Of a stretch of 64,000 nt of DNA, positions 26,301-39,063 are shown in pieces. Within the stretch, counting starts at the first letter, position 1; every line of letters starts with the position of its first letter. The notes beneath the pieces are model-generated. The model did not search any database, was not told where the DNA came from, and saw nothing but the letters and a program-made list of their open reading frames with translations. This stretch comes from Thalia democratica (Eukaryota). Location: NCBI GenBank assembly GCA_965202585.1, contig OZ241832.1, positions 59,768,001 through 59,832,000 of the forward strand, given 5' to 3'. A program made the position numbers and the translations under genes.

Positions 26301-27960
26301 AAACTAAGAAAAAGCTGTTTTTTATTAAAAATTTTCTTTCATAGACGCGGGTAATGTAGTAAGGTGTGGAAAAACATAAACTGTTTGTAAATAGTTATTT
26401 CTTATACTTAAATGTTATATCTAGAATAGTTCTGATACTCCTATAAAAACTAACTCTAAGCTGCATTTTAAATTTAGAAAAAAATCACAATCTAAACTAT
26501 GTTTTATATATGACGTCATCACTTGTCGCCCTTGCCCTGTTGGTAAGAATTTAAAATTATTAATAACTAATTTTTTAATGAAGTTATTTGCACGTAAGAA
26601 TTTGTGACCTTTAAGATATAATTTAGTTTTGAATATTAATGTTTGGAAATATTTTGGATTTATAAAAACATTTTAAGCTATCCAAAGAAAAAATCTATCT
26701 TAATACCGTACTTTTTAAAGAAAAATTTTGTACCGCAAATACATTTCCACCTTTGTAACCATAAAGAATTCAATTTATTGGAATTTTACAGATTAAAATC
26801 TATAATAGAAAAATAGCCAAACTTATTCCTATGTGTATCAAAATTTATCTTTTTGAAAAAACAGTTTATGTAATGTCTTTATTAAAGCTTAGGTTTGCGG
26901 TTATCAAGCTTACTCTTAAAAATTTTTAACTTTAAAATTTTTTTTAAGTATAAAAACCATTAAATAATGTTGCAAAAATTTTCACGTACCTTTTGCTGTA
27001 AGGTTTTAAAATATTTGTAAACTAGTTAATATAATTAACAAATTAACAAAATCAACTTACATATTAGAGGTACAGCTAATTTTAAAAAATGGATTTTGTA
27101 CAAATTCTCAAGAAATTACTCTCTGAACCCAGGTGCACACATTTCTATATTTATAAATACATTGTGATTTTACAGTCAATTGCTCTGAATGTAGTAAACT
27201 CCTTTAAAACAAATTACTTCTCTAGTAAAAAAACGCGCCTGTTTTTCATATGCATTTTTCTAAATATTGTAAAAACTACATATTATAATTAAGAAAACTA
27301 ATGAGTCCAATACTCGAAAATTTTCGTTTAAAATTATATTGTTTTAAAAAATAGTCTACAATTTATATTTATTACATTTCTTTGATCTTTATATTTTTAA
27401 AACACGTAGATAAGCTATCAAATATTTCTTTGAAACTTAAGTATTTTTAAATATCAAGGCTTAAAATCATAATAATCTATTTACTTGATGTGCAAAGTAT
27501 CTACTGATATAAATGCTATAATTTTGCAAATAAAATTGTTAAATTGTTTGAAAATTTAAAGTATGTTAAAAACTTTAATATTAAATGCAGCAAGCAAAAC
27601 TTTAATCTTTTATATGCAATAACAAATCAATTTCTGACCAAAATCATCTAAAACGAACCACACTTAATTGAAACATTTTAAATTTAGACATACGAAACTC
27701 TGTAAAAATTGGTAAACAAGATACTCAAATCCCAACCTTGGTCAGACCACTGAATCATCCTTTCTACAAGCAAATCACAATTTTACATTTTGCAATTGGA
27801 AACACTTGACACTGAATAAACCTTTCAAACATGTGATCGCGTTGAACTTGGCCTTAAAACAACTTTCAATCATGCTCATTCCAACCGTTGAGCATTTATT
27901 TGATCGATGTATGTTTGATAAGGTGCTATTTTTGTAAAACTGCGGCTTTATTGCCTTCTA

Positions 27961-28022
27961 CCAATGAATGCAAAGATTTTTCCAGGTTTTAAAATTTCTG
28001 GAAAGATGTTTGCATTCATTGG
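27961..28022. repeat. Inverted repeat / hairpin (25-bp arms, 12-nt loop)
   Basis: ccaatgaatgcaaagatttttccag and ctggaaagatgtttgcattcattgg are reverse complements apart from one mismatch and one G:U; flanked by a direct repeat of about 42 bp (27830-27871 and 28044-28085). Confidence 0.85.
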
Positions 28023-31000
28023 CACAGGAATTAAAAGTTTCAACATGTGATTTAAGTGAACTTGGCACTAAAACAACTTTCAATTTGTTGGTTCTATTGT
28101 CAAGCGTTCTTGTGAATTCAAATATTAGTTTCGCAATTTGTAGGTTTTGTTGGTTTTATTATGAAGTTGGTCGAGTGATTTTATTTAATTAAAACTACTA
28201 TAACACATATCTTGTTTTTTACAATATATTTTTACAAAAGAAATAGTTACAACTAGGTTTTTTAAATATATTTTATATGAACTAGTTAAATGTATAACGA
28301 TTCTAAAAAAGCTGCTGAATTAAAACCAACAGCTTTAAGTATATTTTATTCACAAACCCTTATATGTTACCAAAAGTTGAAAAGTAAATATATATTTTAA
28401 ACGGAAGCGTGATGAATGTAGTTTTACTATTTAATTTTAAACAAACCTGAATTTCAAAAAATTTCAAATACTAAATAGTAATTATTTGTAGCAATTCTAA
28501 AGTTAATGTACACTTAACGTTTCAGTTTTGAATAAAAATTAATCTTAAATTTATATGTTAAAGTTACATCCAAAGTAATTTGTATATTTTAAACTACATA
28601 CTAAAATTTTTCTTTTCTTTATATTACCTAGTACACCTAGGTTGGCAGTTTTTAAGCGTTAATTTTACAATGTTTATATTTACTATTTCACTAGTTTTAC
28701 AATGTAGCTGAGTGCAAACAAGTCTTTAATTATAATACTTTTTACTTATTAGTTTGATTGATTTCGTTACGAAATATTCTTTAAAAAATACTAACGATTG
28801 ACTAACAAGTTGTTAATATGCTTAATTGTAATATGATTTCGTTAATTAAATAAACCAGCAGTTGAAATATTCTCACACATTCCATATTCGAAACATCAGG
28901 GATTTTAACACAATAGAAATATTTTATTTATTCAATATATAACTGCATAAATGCAACTTGTCCCGGAGGAAATTTAATTATAAAATTTTAAGTGCATAAA
29001 AGATAATCAGTATGTTATAAAGTACTATTAAATTTTTATCAAACTTATTTTAGTTTAAAACTACTCAGAAAGCTTAAAAAATAAGTAAATTTTATAATAT
29101 TGTCAGTTAAAAAATACTTCTTTAAACCTAATCTTTATGTGTTTTACTATTTTGAGGTCTTAAAGGGTAGAAAAAATAAACGTAGTAAAAACTACTTATT
29201 TCTATATTTAAATGTAAAATATAGTGTTTTTAACCCTGTTTAAAAAATATTTATCTATATTTTATTTATATAAGCAAACAAAAATATAATCTACATTTAA
29301 CGACTAAACTGTCAAAACGTTATTATGCTTGTAGCAATAGTCTTAAATATCAATTATAACAGCAGTATACATGTTGAATTAACTTACACATTTTTAGACA
29401 ATGGTATCATTTTGCACAAGGCTATATATGTTTTTGTAAGTAAAAAGTTGAAAAGTTAAAAAAAAATAATGGTAACTTTTCGATTTTACAAAATATCAAT
29501 TAAAATAATGGAAGTACAGTTTACGTGTACACTGTACAAATTTAAATTACAAAATTGTAAGATTATGTTTCAAAATTATTTGTACAAAACAAAAAGTTTT
29601 AAATAAATAGATTGTGGTATGTATTTATGTATACTTTTAAGTTTAACTAAACCGTCGTGATGGAGGTTTCGTTTGTAGTTTTACTTATCATAACATGTCA
29701 ATAAAAAACTCAATAAAATACCAACTCAAGTTTTAATTCCCAATATAATTTTTTTAATTTTAACTAGGAAAATTACAAATGAAACGGCACATTATTAATT
29801 AAAATAGATAATGTATACTACGCAAAGAAATTTGTACACTAGTCATTAAAAAAAAAAGTAAATTCAATCAACAAAAGTTTAAATTAGCAAAACGTTGACT
29901 TAAACTAATTAAGACACAGGTGTAATTGAGTTTTTTCATTGTACATAAGTAGGGTTTTTTTCAATAGAGAAAATAACTCATAATATAGTTATATAAAAAC
30001 TATTTAAGGCATAGGATTAAAATACTATACTTGGAAATTTTAAAATTTTAACCATATTGAAGATTGCCGACTTCTGACAGCTAAGATTTTTTTTACTATT
30101 TGTATCACCTATTCACGACTGAATACATTTTGGTACATGCTCTTATTTCGAGAAACTTTTTTTAAAGTATACTTAACGTTTTCTTAAATAGTGTCTCTGC
30201 ATCTGTTGTTGGTAAAAAAATTTGTTTATCTAAGCTGTTTTGCTCGTAGTTCTACTTGATAGACTCAGCTTTTCTTGTTAATAGTTGGTTTTTTGACTAG
30301 CGTTTTATTAAAGGGTTTTACATACTTGATATACAAAGTCTTATTTAAGTATTTCTAGAGATTTTTTTTATTTTAACTTCAAATCGTGCTTTATATGTTT
30401 AAATTTTGTGTTTCAAATCTAATAATGATTTTTTTCAAAAATTATCGTAACACAAGAAAACCTATGCTTACGGTCATACTAAAAGTAAAAAAACAAAACA
30501 AAGTTAATGAGTAAAATTTAACAATTCTACCTTTGTAACTTGTCTCTTCATGACTAGCATTGTTGTTTTTATCAAAAAACAAAAACATTCTGCATGTTCA
30601 TTAGGACTTTAAACTAAGACTTTGGGTGAGCTGCAATTGTAAGGTTTGAGAAAAATTTTCATTCATATTATTCGACACATGAGGTAACTAACGATTCAGC
30701 ATTAAAATATCTATATTCTATACCTTTATCCCAGACGACGTTACCCATCTGTTTTAATATATACCTTCATATCTAACCTGCCATACCCAATTTTTTAAAA
30801 ATAAAACGAAAAAAACTATTTGTACATACTTAAAAAACAAACAAGTAAAATAGTAGCCAATCTGAAAGCCATTTGACTGCAGCTGACGCGACAAGTAGTC
30901 AACAAGCTTTTACATGCTAAGCTCGGTTTAAAAATATTGACTAAGTATACTTTTTGCTACGGCGACTGCTATATGTTATAAGTTTAGATGTTTGAGCTTA

Positions 31001-34000
31001 ATTTTTTGCTTTAAACTAGTGATGTACCGGACTCACTATCCGGGTCCGGGTCCGGCCGGATATTGCCATTTTTGTCTGATATCCGGATCCGGCCGGATTC
31101 TAATTTGAAAAAAAAGTCCGGATCCGGTTCCGGCCGGACTCTAATTTGAAAAAAAAGTCCGGGTCCGGTTCCGGCCGGATTCTAATTTGAAAAAAAAAGT
31201 CCGGATCCGGGTCCGGCCGGATCCAAACAGAGATCCGGCCGAACCCGGATCTAGTTAGTAAAAAAGAGCATACTGAAAAGTATTTTTTCAAAAACAAACC
31301 CTGTGTAAATTAATAAGAGTCATTTTCGTCAGTTAAAATTAAACACCTACCGTGATTAGCTCATTCTGTACCAAGACTAATTTACACTTGTTTACATTTG
31401 AACTATGAAATAAACATTTCATAAATGCAACTCTTTACATATCTTGTAAAATTAAAAGCTTTGGAATGAATACTTGCATTATTTATTGTTTTAAGTTGTG
31501 CTCAGAGAATATTTAGAGTTAATACGTTGAATGTACGAGCAAATAAGAATCATATGACAAAATGTTTCAAACTAAATACTGATGTAACAAAACATCAGAA
31601 CATGACAGGCAGTTTATATGTAAGCAGTTAGTTAGTTTAGTGTGCAGCTTGAAGCAACAAAATATCTTGAACTTTTTTGTGAATACTTATTGTAAGTAGT
31701 GTTTTGTTTTAAAAGTGAATATTTCAACTGGTGTTTAATTGTTTAAATATTTAAGCCAGGTTTAAAGTTTAATAGTTTATTAAAAATTTTACAGTTTCTT
31801 GTTTACTAAAAGTTTTATTTAATTTTTAGTTTGTTGTTTTAAGTCTTTTGATATAGATTTAAAGAGCTTCCAGTTTTTAAAGTGTTACCAAAGTAATTGA
31901 TAATTTTGTGTATGCTAGTATTTCTTGTTGTGTTTTATATAAAAGATTCATCACTCAAAACTGTCGTGTCTCATTATAGAAAGTAGTCTCAGTTAGAATT
32001 TAGTATTTGTTAGATATTAATTAAATAAGGTAGGGTTTAATTATGATGGGTAGTAATAATAAGTTAAGTGTACCACAATCAGTCCACAACTTTACTACCA
32101 AATTGTCAACCTTTTGCTAGCTGTCTGATTGTTAGATTAAAGTAATTTTTTCAGTTTTTAAAAACCTCATTCTGACTCCGGCTTGTTTATAATCACTCTA
32201 GCTAGTTTTATTGACTTAAACAGTGGCAACCCTGCTTGTTTGAAAATTTTTGGGAATTTTTTGAAAATCTTGGACTGCCTCAGGCTAGTTTAGTTTTTTA
32301 TAAAAACTCAGGCTAGTTTTCTTTTAGATTTTGAATGAGTTTGAGCTGATCCAGTTTTCAATATTTTGTATTTTTCTAGTGTATTTTGTTCCAGAACTTG
32401 ATTTCAGATTTTTAATTGTAAATAAGACCTAAATTTGTAAACCTTGTGGCTAGCTGTTCTACTTATTATTATATTAAAGTTCTTTTTTTTTCAGTTTTTA
32501 AAAACCTCATTCTGACTTAGGCTAGTTTATACTAGTGATGTACCGGACTCACTATCCGGGTCCGGCCGGATATTGCCATTTTTGTCTAATATCCGGATCC
32601 GGCCGGATTCTAATTTGAAAAAAAAGTCCGGATCCGGTTCCGGCCGGCACAGTTGCCAGAATTTTATAGCTATTTTTGCCCTTATATAATTTTCAATGAA
32701 AACTTGACATACAAAATATTTTAACCGTTTGGTATCTCACAAGAGCTAAGTTTGACTTACTTTGAATATCAATGAATGCTTAGCTTACTATTAAAAAGTT
32801 ATAGTAAAGTGCTTTTCTCACAAACTTAAAGTTTATGAAAGTAAACTTTTTCATGACTAAATACTTAAACTAAAGCCTTTGCATCAGAGCAGAGCAAATT
32901 CCTATACTGTTTTTTAGGTGATTGAAAAGCTACTTTCAAAAATTATAATTTTTTGTTTATAAAACTAATAATTATTTCTAAATGGAGAATTTTGTGAGTT
33001 CGCACATTCGGTTAAATGTGCAAGTTATGAGTTTGCACTGCTGCTTAAGTTTGCATTTTAAGAAATTGTGTTAATAGTATCTTTTCTATTTTTTGCTAAG
33101 TAAATAAAACTTTAAAACTTTTTTTAAATGTAGTTATTTTTAATTCATTAACTTCTATTTAATATACTTCAACGAAATATATTAAAAAATATTATGATAC
33201 AATGCAAAAATTACATTAACATTAAATGGTCTAATCAACAAAAACCATTCGCTAGTTTGCAGTTTTAGCGATATTTTAAAACTAAATTTATATAAGTAAT
33301 CAATACTTATGCCTTTAAAAACAAAAAATTCCCTAAATACTTTTGTTTCTTTATTAAAAACTTACCTTATTTGTAATAAATATTGCATTCAATGTTTACA
33401 TTTTTATCAATACCTAAATTATTTTACATTACCTTTAACATTTATAAGCTCTCAGTAAAAAGAAATAAGGCTTTTTCATAATTAATATTTTTATAACATG
33501 TGAAAGTCATGTAAAAGTTTTAAATGGTTAACTTTTAAAAAAATTGTAAATTAACCCTATAGACAGTAACATATATTTAACAACAACAGTATACATAGAA
33601 GAAATTTTATTTAAATTTAAGCTGGTCTTATAATATTTTTTGTTCATCATAACAATGAAAAATATAAGAATTAAAGCTATTGAAAAAGAAAATAGATACT
33701 TTTATTGGTACTTATTAAAACTGAATCATAGAAAATAGAATTTCCGATTAACGGTTATTTTTTATTGATTATTTTTTAGATTTGAAAAAAAAAATTCAAA
33801 TGGTATAAGTTAATCTAAAAAAAACGCTTTAAAAAGAATAATAAAAACTATAGCTTTTTTACAAATAAAAATCAAAGAAAAAGTAAATGTCAATATATAA
33901 ACTGAAAAAGTTAAGAAACAGTTTATTATTTGTAACTTAGCAAAACTAAAAGTGTGAATACACCCTAAAAACAGTAAAATCTATTTATTAATGAAAGATA

Positions 34001-36589
34001 CATGTAAGCTTTATTTTTAATTTGAAGCTGGTCTTATAATCCGTTATGTTCATCATAAAAATGAGAAAACATATGGATTAAAGCTATTTTAAAAATTACT
34101 TACATTGGTATTTATTAAAATTAATTAAAAAATATATATGCTATTTACATTCTTGTTCTAGTAGTTTTATGTCATAAGCTAAGTGAAAATGAAAAAAAAG
34201 ATCAAACAACATCAGTAAATATACTTTGAAATGTAAAAAAGTTGATTAAGAATAGTATCTACACTGGTATTCATAATAGTTAAATTTTAATCAAAATGTA
34301 GAGCTTAAAATTATAGTTTTAAAAATTGAATTAAAAACTTTCAGTGTGTAATAAAAAAACTAACTTTTATCCATACTTTTAAAAATAAATAAAATTGATG
34401 GGAAGATATGGCTTAAAATACTTTTTACACTCATATAAAATTGAATATCAAAAACTACAACATTAATTGAAAGATTACACACTTAACCTCCAATGTACAA
34501 GGTAAAAAAAATAATTAGTTTAAAGCATTCATATATTACCAATGATGTAACAAAAAACAGAGATTTAAAAAAAAAAAAACAAATTTAATATTAAATGTTT
34601 TAAAACATTACATGAGCTTACTTATATACAATAATTAACAATAAGCTATGTTCCTTTAATCTAATTAATTTAAAATTTACTACACAACATTTTTGATCAT
34701 ATAGTATATATGAATTCCGTTTTAGAAGTTTTTTTTTTCTGAGATTAAAAAAATTAAACTACATGTTTCAAATAACTTACTACAATACAACTTTCAAATA
34801 AGTTTTAAATAACTAAGCTTTTAAATGCATTTTATATTGCAAGCTTGAGTAATTCTGTTTGTTCTACATAAATATGAAAATCAATTAAAACAAAACATTT
34901 TGAAATCAATTTTTAAACATAAACTTATTTAAATGTAGTTTAATAAAAATAAGTATAAAAAAACACTAAATAATAACCTTTTTGTCGGTATTTAAGTTGA
35001 CTTAAAAAGTAAAGAAACTTTTAATGCAATCAAAAACTAAATTGCTTTAAACAGTTACTTTTTTTTAGAGTCACCTACTTCTTTAAAAAAGCTTAAAGTA
35101 GCATCAAAGTTAAAAGAAAATTCACACAAGAAGGAACTTTCTTTTGAAAATTTTACCTTTTAAACATAAAATTATATAAAAATGTTCGTTTAAATGTTAT
35201 ATGTATGATTTGTTATTAACATGTAGAAAACAAAAACAGCAAAAATATATCTTTTTGTTCAATTTAAAGTAGATTAACACACTCTTATAGTTTAATACAA
35301 CAAAAAAATAGAATTAAACACATTTTAAGTTAAAAAACAATACTTTATCTAATTGTTAAGACTTTTACACAAATCAGTGATTGATAAAACTATAATTCTA
35401 ATAAAATGATTAAACAATAGAGGAACATGTTCTTTGTTTAAAAATAAATTAAGTTTAACTTTTTAGAAAAAAAACTGTGAGTGATAAAACTACAAATATG
35501 TACTAAACTAATAAATAAAAAACATCTCTAAAAAGTTTTCATTTCCTAAAAACTCAGATGAAATAAAACACTAAGAACAAACTATTTCAATATATCAAGC
35601 ATACCTAGCTCTGAAATTTGTGATTTTACACTTAAATCTTAATAAAGATTGCAAAACCTCTAGGAAACACAACAACTTGTTCATAATAATACATACTGTT
35701 ATCTTAAATTACAAGACATGTATAAAGGTAATTAAAAAACTTTTACAAAGTTTAAAATTTCAGCTTAACCATTTAAAAATGTTTTTAGCACTAAAACATA
35801 TTCTAAAAAAACAAGTTTCAAACCTCTTGAATTATATTATTGGGTAGTTGAAGCATCTAATGTGGGTCTGCTGTTTTTTGAATTGAAATTTTTAATTTCG
35901 GACAAAGAAGCTAATTTGAGGTTTCTATCCAACCACTTTCATTGGTAGTATTTTTCATATCAACCTACATAATATATAAAGTAGTTTTAATATATATATA
36001 CTGGTTATGAAAAGTGCATGAACAAGGGCATTCAAGTAGACCTACCAAAGTCAAAAATAAAAGTCAAGCTATATACAATTTATTCATATAATTTTTGAAC
36101 TTGTGATTAAAGAGATTTTGATAATAATGTTTGAATGTTCGAGATGATCAACAGAATTAGAATTGACTATTTTCTAAAACTATTTCATAAGAAAAGCGTT
36201 ACAATTTATATGTATAATTTTTGTAGCTTGTTTTACTTAATTTGCTTTAAACAACTTTTACTGCTTTTTAATTTTGGGTAAATTTACAATTTATAATAAC
36301 AAGCGTTTTTTGTAAAAAAAACTGTTACTTGGTTAAACCCATTCATATTACAAAAGACTCTAAAATAATTTTCAAAATGATTACAAATAAATAATAATTA
36401 TATATAATATTATCACAAATTTATAAATTAAAAACTGAAAAATTAAATATGAAATTAAAACCTTTCTACTAAATAACTAGAAGAACTTAATTAAATTCTA
36501 AAAAAAATAACTCTTTTCAAGCAGAACCAATATTACATAATGTTAATAAATTTGGTATATAAAAAATAGTTACAACTTTTGGATGCTTA

Positions 36590-36880
36590 CCAAAATAGCT
36601 GATTTTGCCAGCCTTAACAGTAGCCTTGTCAACAAAAAGGAAATTTTAAGTCATCTCCAATTTTCTTTTTGAGTAATCCTTGCACATGGGCCAAAGGTCA
36701 TGTTTTATTACAGCTGTGCACTCGGTACGCCTCAAACGAGCAGCTTGTACTTTATCATCAAACATTTAAGCAAGCAGCTGCTTATGCCCAGTATTGCCTC
36801 AAGCATCTTAGCTTGAGTTTTAACATGTATTACAGCTATTGTGAATGATGAGGGAGCCTGATGTAGATTTGTTTTTAAGC
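36590..36880 (-). pseudogene. hAT transposase fragment with stops and frameshifts
   Basis: Minus strand gives ...GNTGHKQLLA*MFDDKVQAARLRRTECTAVIKHDLWP...(frameshift) FLFVDKATV, resembling from recall the hAT segment DHLxxLxxxMFxDSxIAxxxxLxRTKCTxxIKxVLxP...FSLLxDESTD; not database-checked. Confidence 0.6.
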
Positions 36881-38695
36881 CTCCACTACAAATAATTGAT
36901 TGTAACTTAATAGTAATTATAATTTCAGAAATCTACTCAAATTCTCTTTATTAAAATTAAAAAAAGTCATACTACAAAAACTTTTGTGAAAAAGTCTTAG
37001 AGGCCAAAAAAAAATCAGTAAGTTTAAAAAATGACCTTTGCTCTTTTTCCAAGTATACTTATAATTTAATTAATTTAAATTTAACTTACTTTTTTGAATT
37101 TAGTTTTTATATTCTAAGTTTAATTAATTTTGTGTTTACAAATTAAGCAACAATTACAACACTGTTACATAATTAATTTACAAAAATATTTTTAGAGTAC
37201 TTCAAAGTTTCTGTAGGGTGAGGTTTGATTCACATTTAATAAACTTTTAATAAATAAAAATTCATATATGTCGAATGAACACTCATAGTTAATAACACCA
37301 TATTACAGAAGGCGCATTCAACTAACACAGTTTTACAAATGTACAAAAAATAACTTTAAATAATAGCTATATTTTTATGAAATGTTTTTAGCTCAAATTA
37401 ATTAAAACTACCATTTGTTAAATGCTGGCTACTTATAGCATGGTGCATTAGAGTAAAACTTTTAGTATTTCGGTAATATTTAAAACCCATCAATTATTTT
37501 GTAAAAATAAATAAATTACATATATAATCTGTCCATACTATTTATAGGTTTTGTTTATGTCTGTACAGTTTATTGTTATGTTTATTATATTCTATAACTT
37601 TTACTTAGAAAAAAAAGTGAACAAACTAAAAAGCATCTAGAAATTTATCAAACTATACAAATATCTGCTGAAAAATATGCATGCAGTTATAAAAATTAAA
37701 ACAAAACATTCATGCTCATGCATTTCTCTTTTATCAACATTTATTTCATATAAACCTGCTTGCTTTTGATGTAACAATCAAGGTTAAAAAAAATATTTTA
37801 AGAATTTAAACAAATTGTAACATTTCATAGCATAAAATTTGTTTCAAATCAACCTGCTTGCTTTTAATGTATCAATTATTTTTTCTTTAAAAAATTTAGT
37901 TTTTTTTTAAGAATTTAAACAAGTAGAGCAACAAAAAACAACATGTAATTCATAAACAAATTTAACAGGGAAGCTGAATATTGACATATTTGATATCCGT
38001 TCTGAGTACAGATATTGAAAGTACACAGTCCAGTTTTAGACTAAAGTTAAGGTTAAAAACTGTGTTAAGTAGTATAAAAACATTAAAAAGATACAGTTAA
38101 GCTACTTCAAATGTGTTAAAAAAAAATTATGAGAGATTCTTCATGTCAAACTAAAATTTTACTACTTAATATGTAAAAATTGTTAACAATTACAGGTCTT
38201 CTAGTAATTTGTTTTGAATATTCAAGGTTTTTCCAGGGTTCTAGATTTTTTTACCACTCTGTCAAAAGTTTATCTTTATGTTTTACATAATTTCTATAAT
38301 AATTTATTAGTTGGGTCTGTTTTACATTCCATACCACTTGTTAAAATATTTTTAATAAACAGGGTAGCCAGTGATTTAAAAAAAAATTCTTCCTGGTTAT
38401 CTGATTTCGTTCTACATTTTAGTTTTTAAGTACAAGTTTAGTTGTTTTTTTAAGTATAAAATTAAACTAAAGGTAAAAAATAATGAAAAGATACTATACA
38501 GCTACTTAATATAATGGGTTTTTTATTAAACAAAAATATGAAAAATATTTAAACATATTATCAGTATATAATAGTTCATTTTATAAAGAACTTGTTTAAA
38601 TTTTTAGTTTAAAATTCAAGGTAAAATGGGGAACTAAATAAGTTTTCTTTTAAAAGTTTTTGAGAAAATTTTATAAAGTGTGTTGTTTCTTTATA

Positions 38696-39063
38696 CAGGG
38701 TTGCCACTTGTTTTTAAATTTTTTTTCCAGGTTTTCCAAATTTCTTCCAGGTTTTTAAAAGTACACACTTTTAGTTTTAAGTTAATTTTTATATAAGAAA
38801 CTGTGTTAAATAGTATAAAAACTTTGAAAAAAAACTGTTAAGTTACTCTAAATGTGTATTTTAATAAAAAAAATTTTGATGATGACAAAAAAAATTACTT
38901 ATATGATAGATTTTTTGTGTCAAACTGAAATTTTACTACTGAATATATCAAAATTATGAAAAATTCCAGGTTTTTTGATCAAAATTACAGGTTTTTCCAG
39001 GTTTTTTTCAAAATTTCTCAAATTCCAGGTTATTCCAGGTTTCCAGGTATAGTGGCAACCCTG
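38696..39063. mobile_element. MITE with CAGGGTTGCCAC termini and internal CCAGG repeats, 6-bp TSD
   Basis: CAGGGTTGCCAC...GTGGCAACCCTG with TTTATA on both sides; a related internal fragment near 38050-38270 and a lone right end at 32223-32234. Confidence 0.85.

Noticed and set aside
28950-28970. atgcaacttgtcccgg resembling miR-92
   Set aside because: Seed region mismatches and there is no complementary arm nearby
31095-31297. CCGG-rich 42-bp array and 65-aa ORF (RIRPEPDPDFFF) as CRISPR or a protein
   Set aside because: Units are contiguous and near-identical and lie inside TIR/TSD-bounded transposon ends
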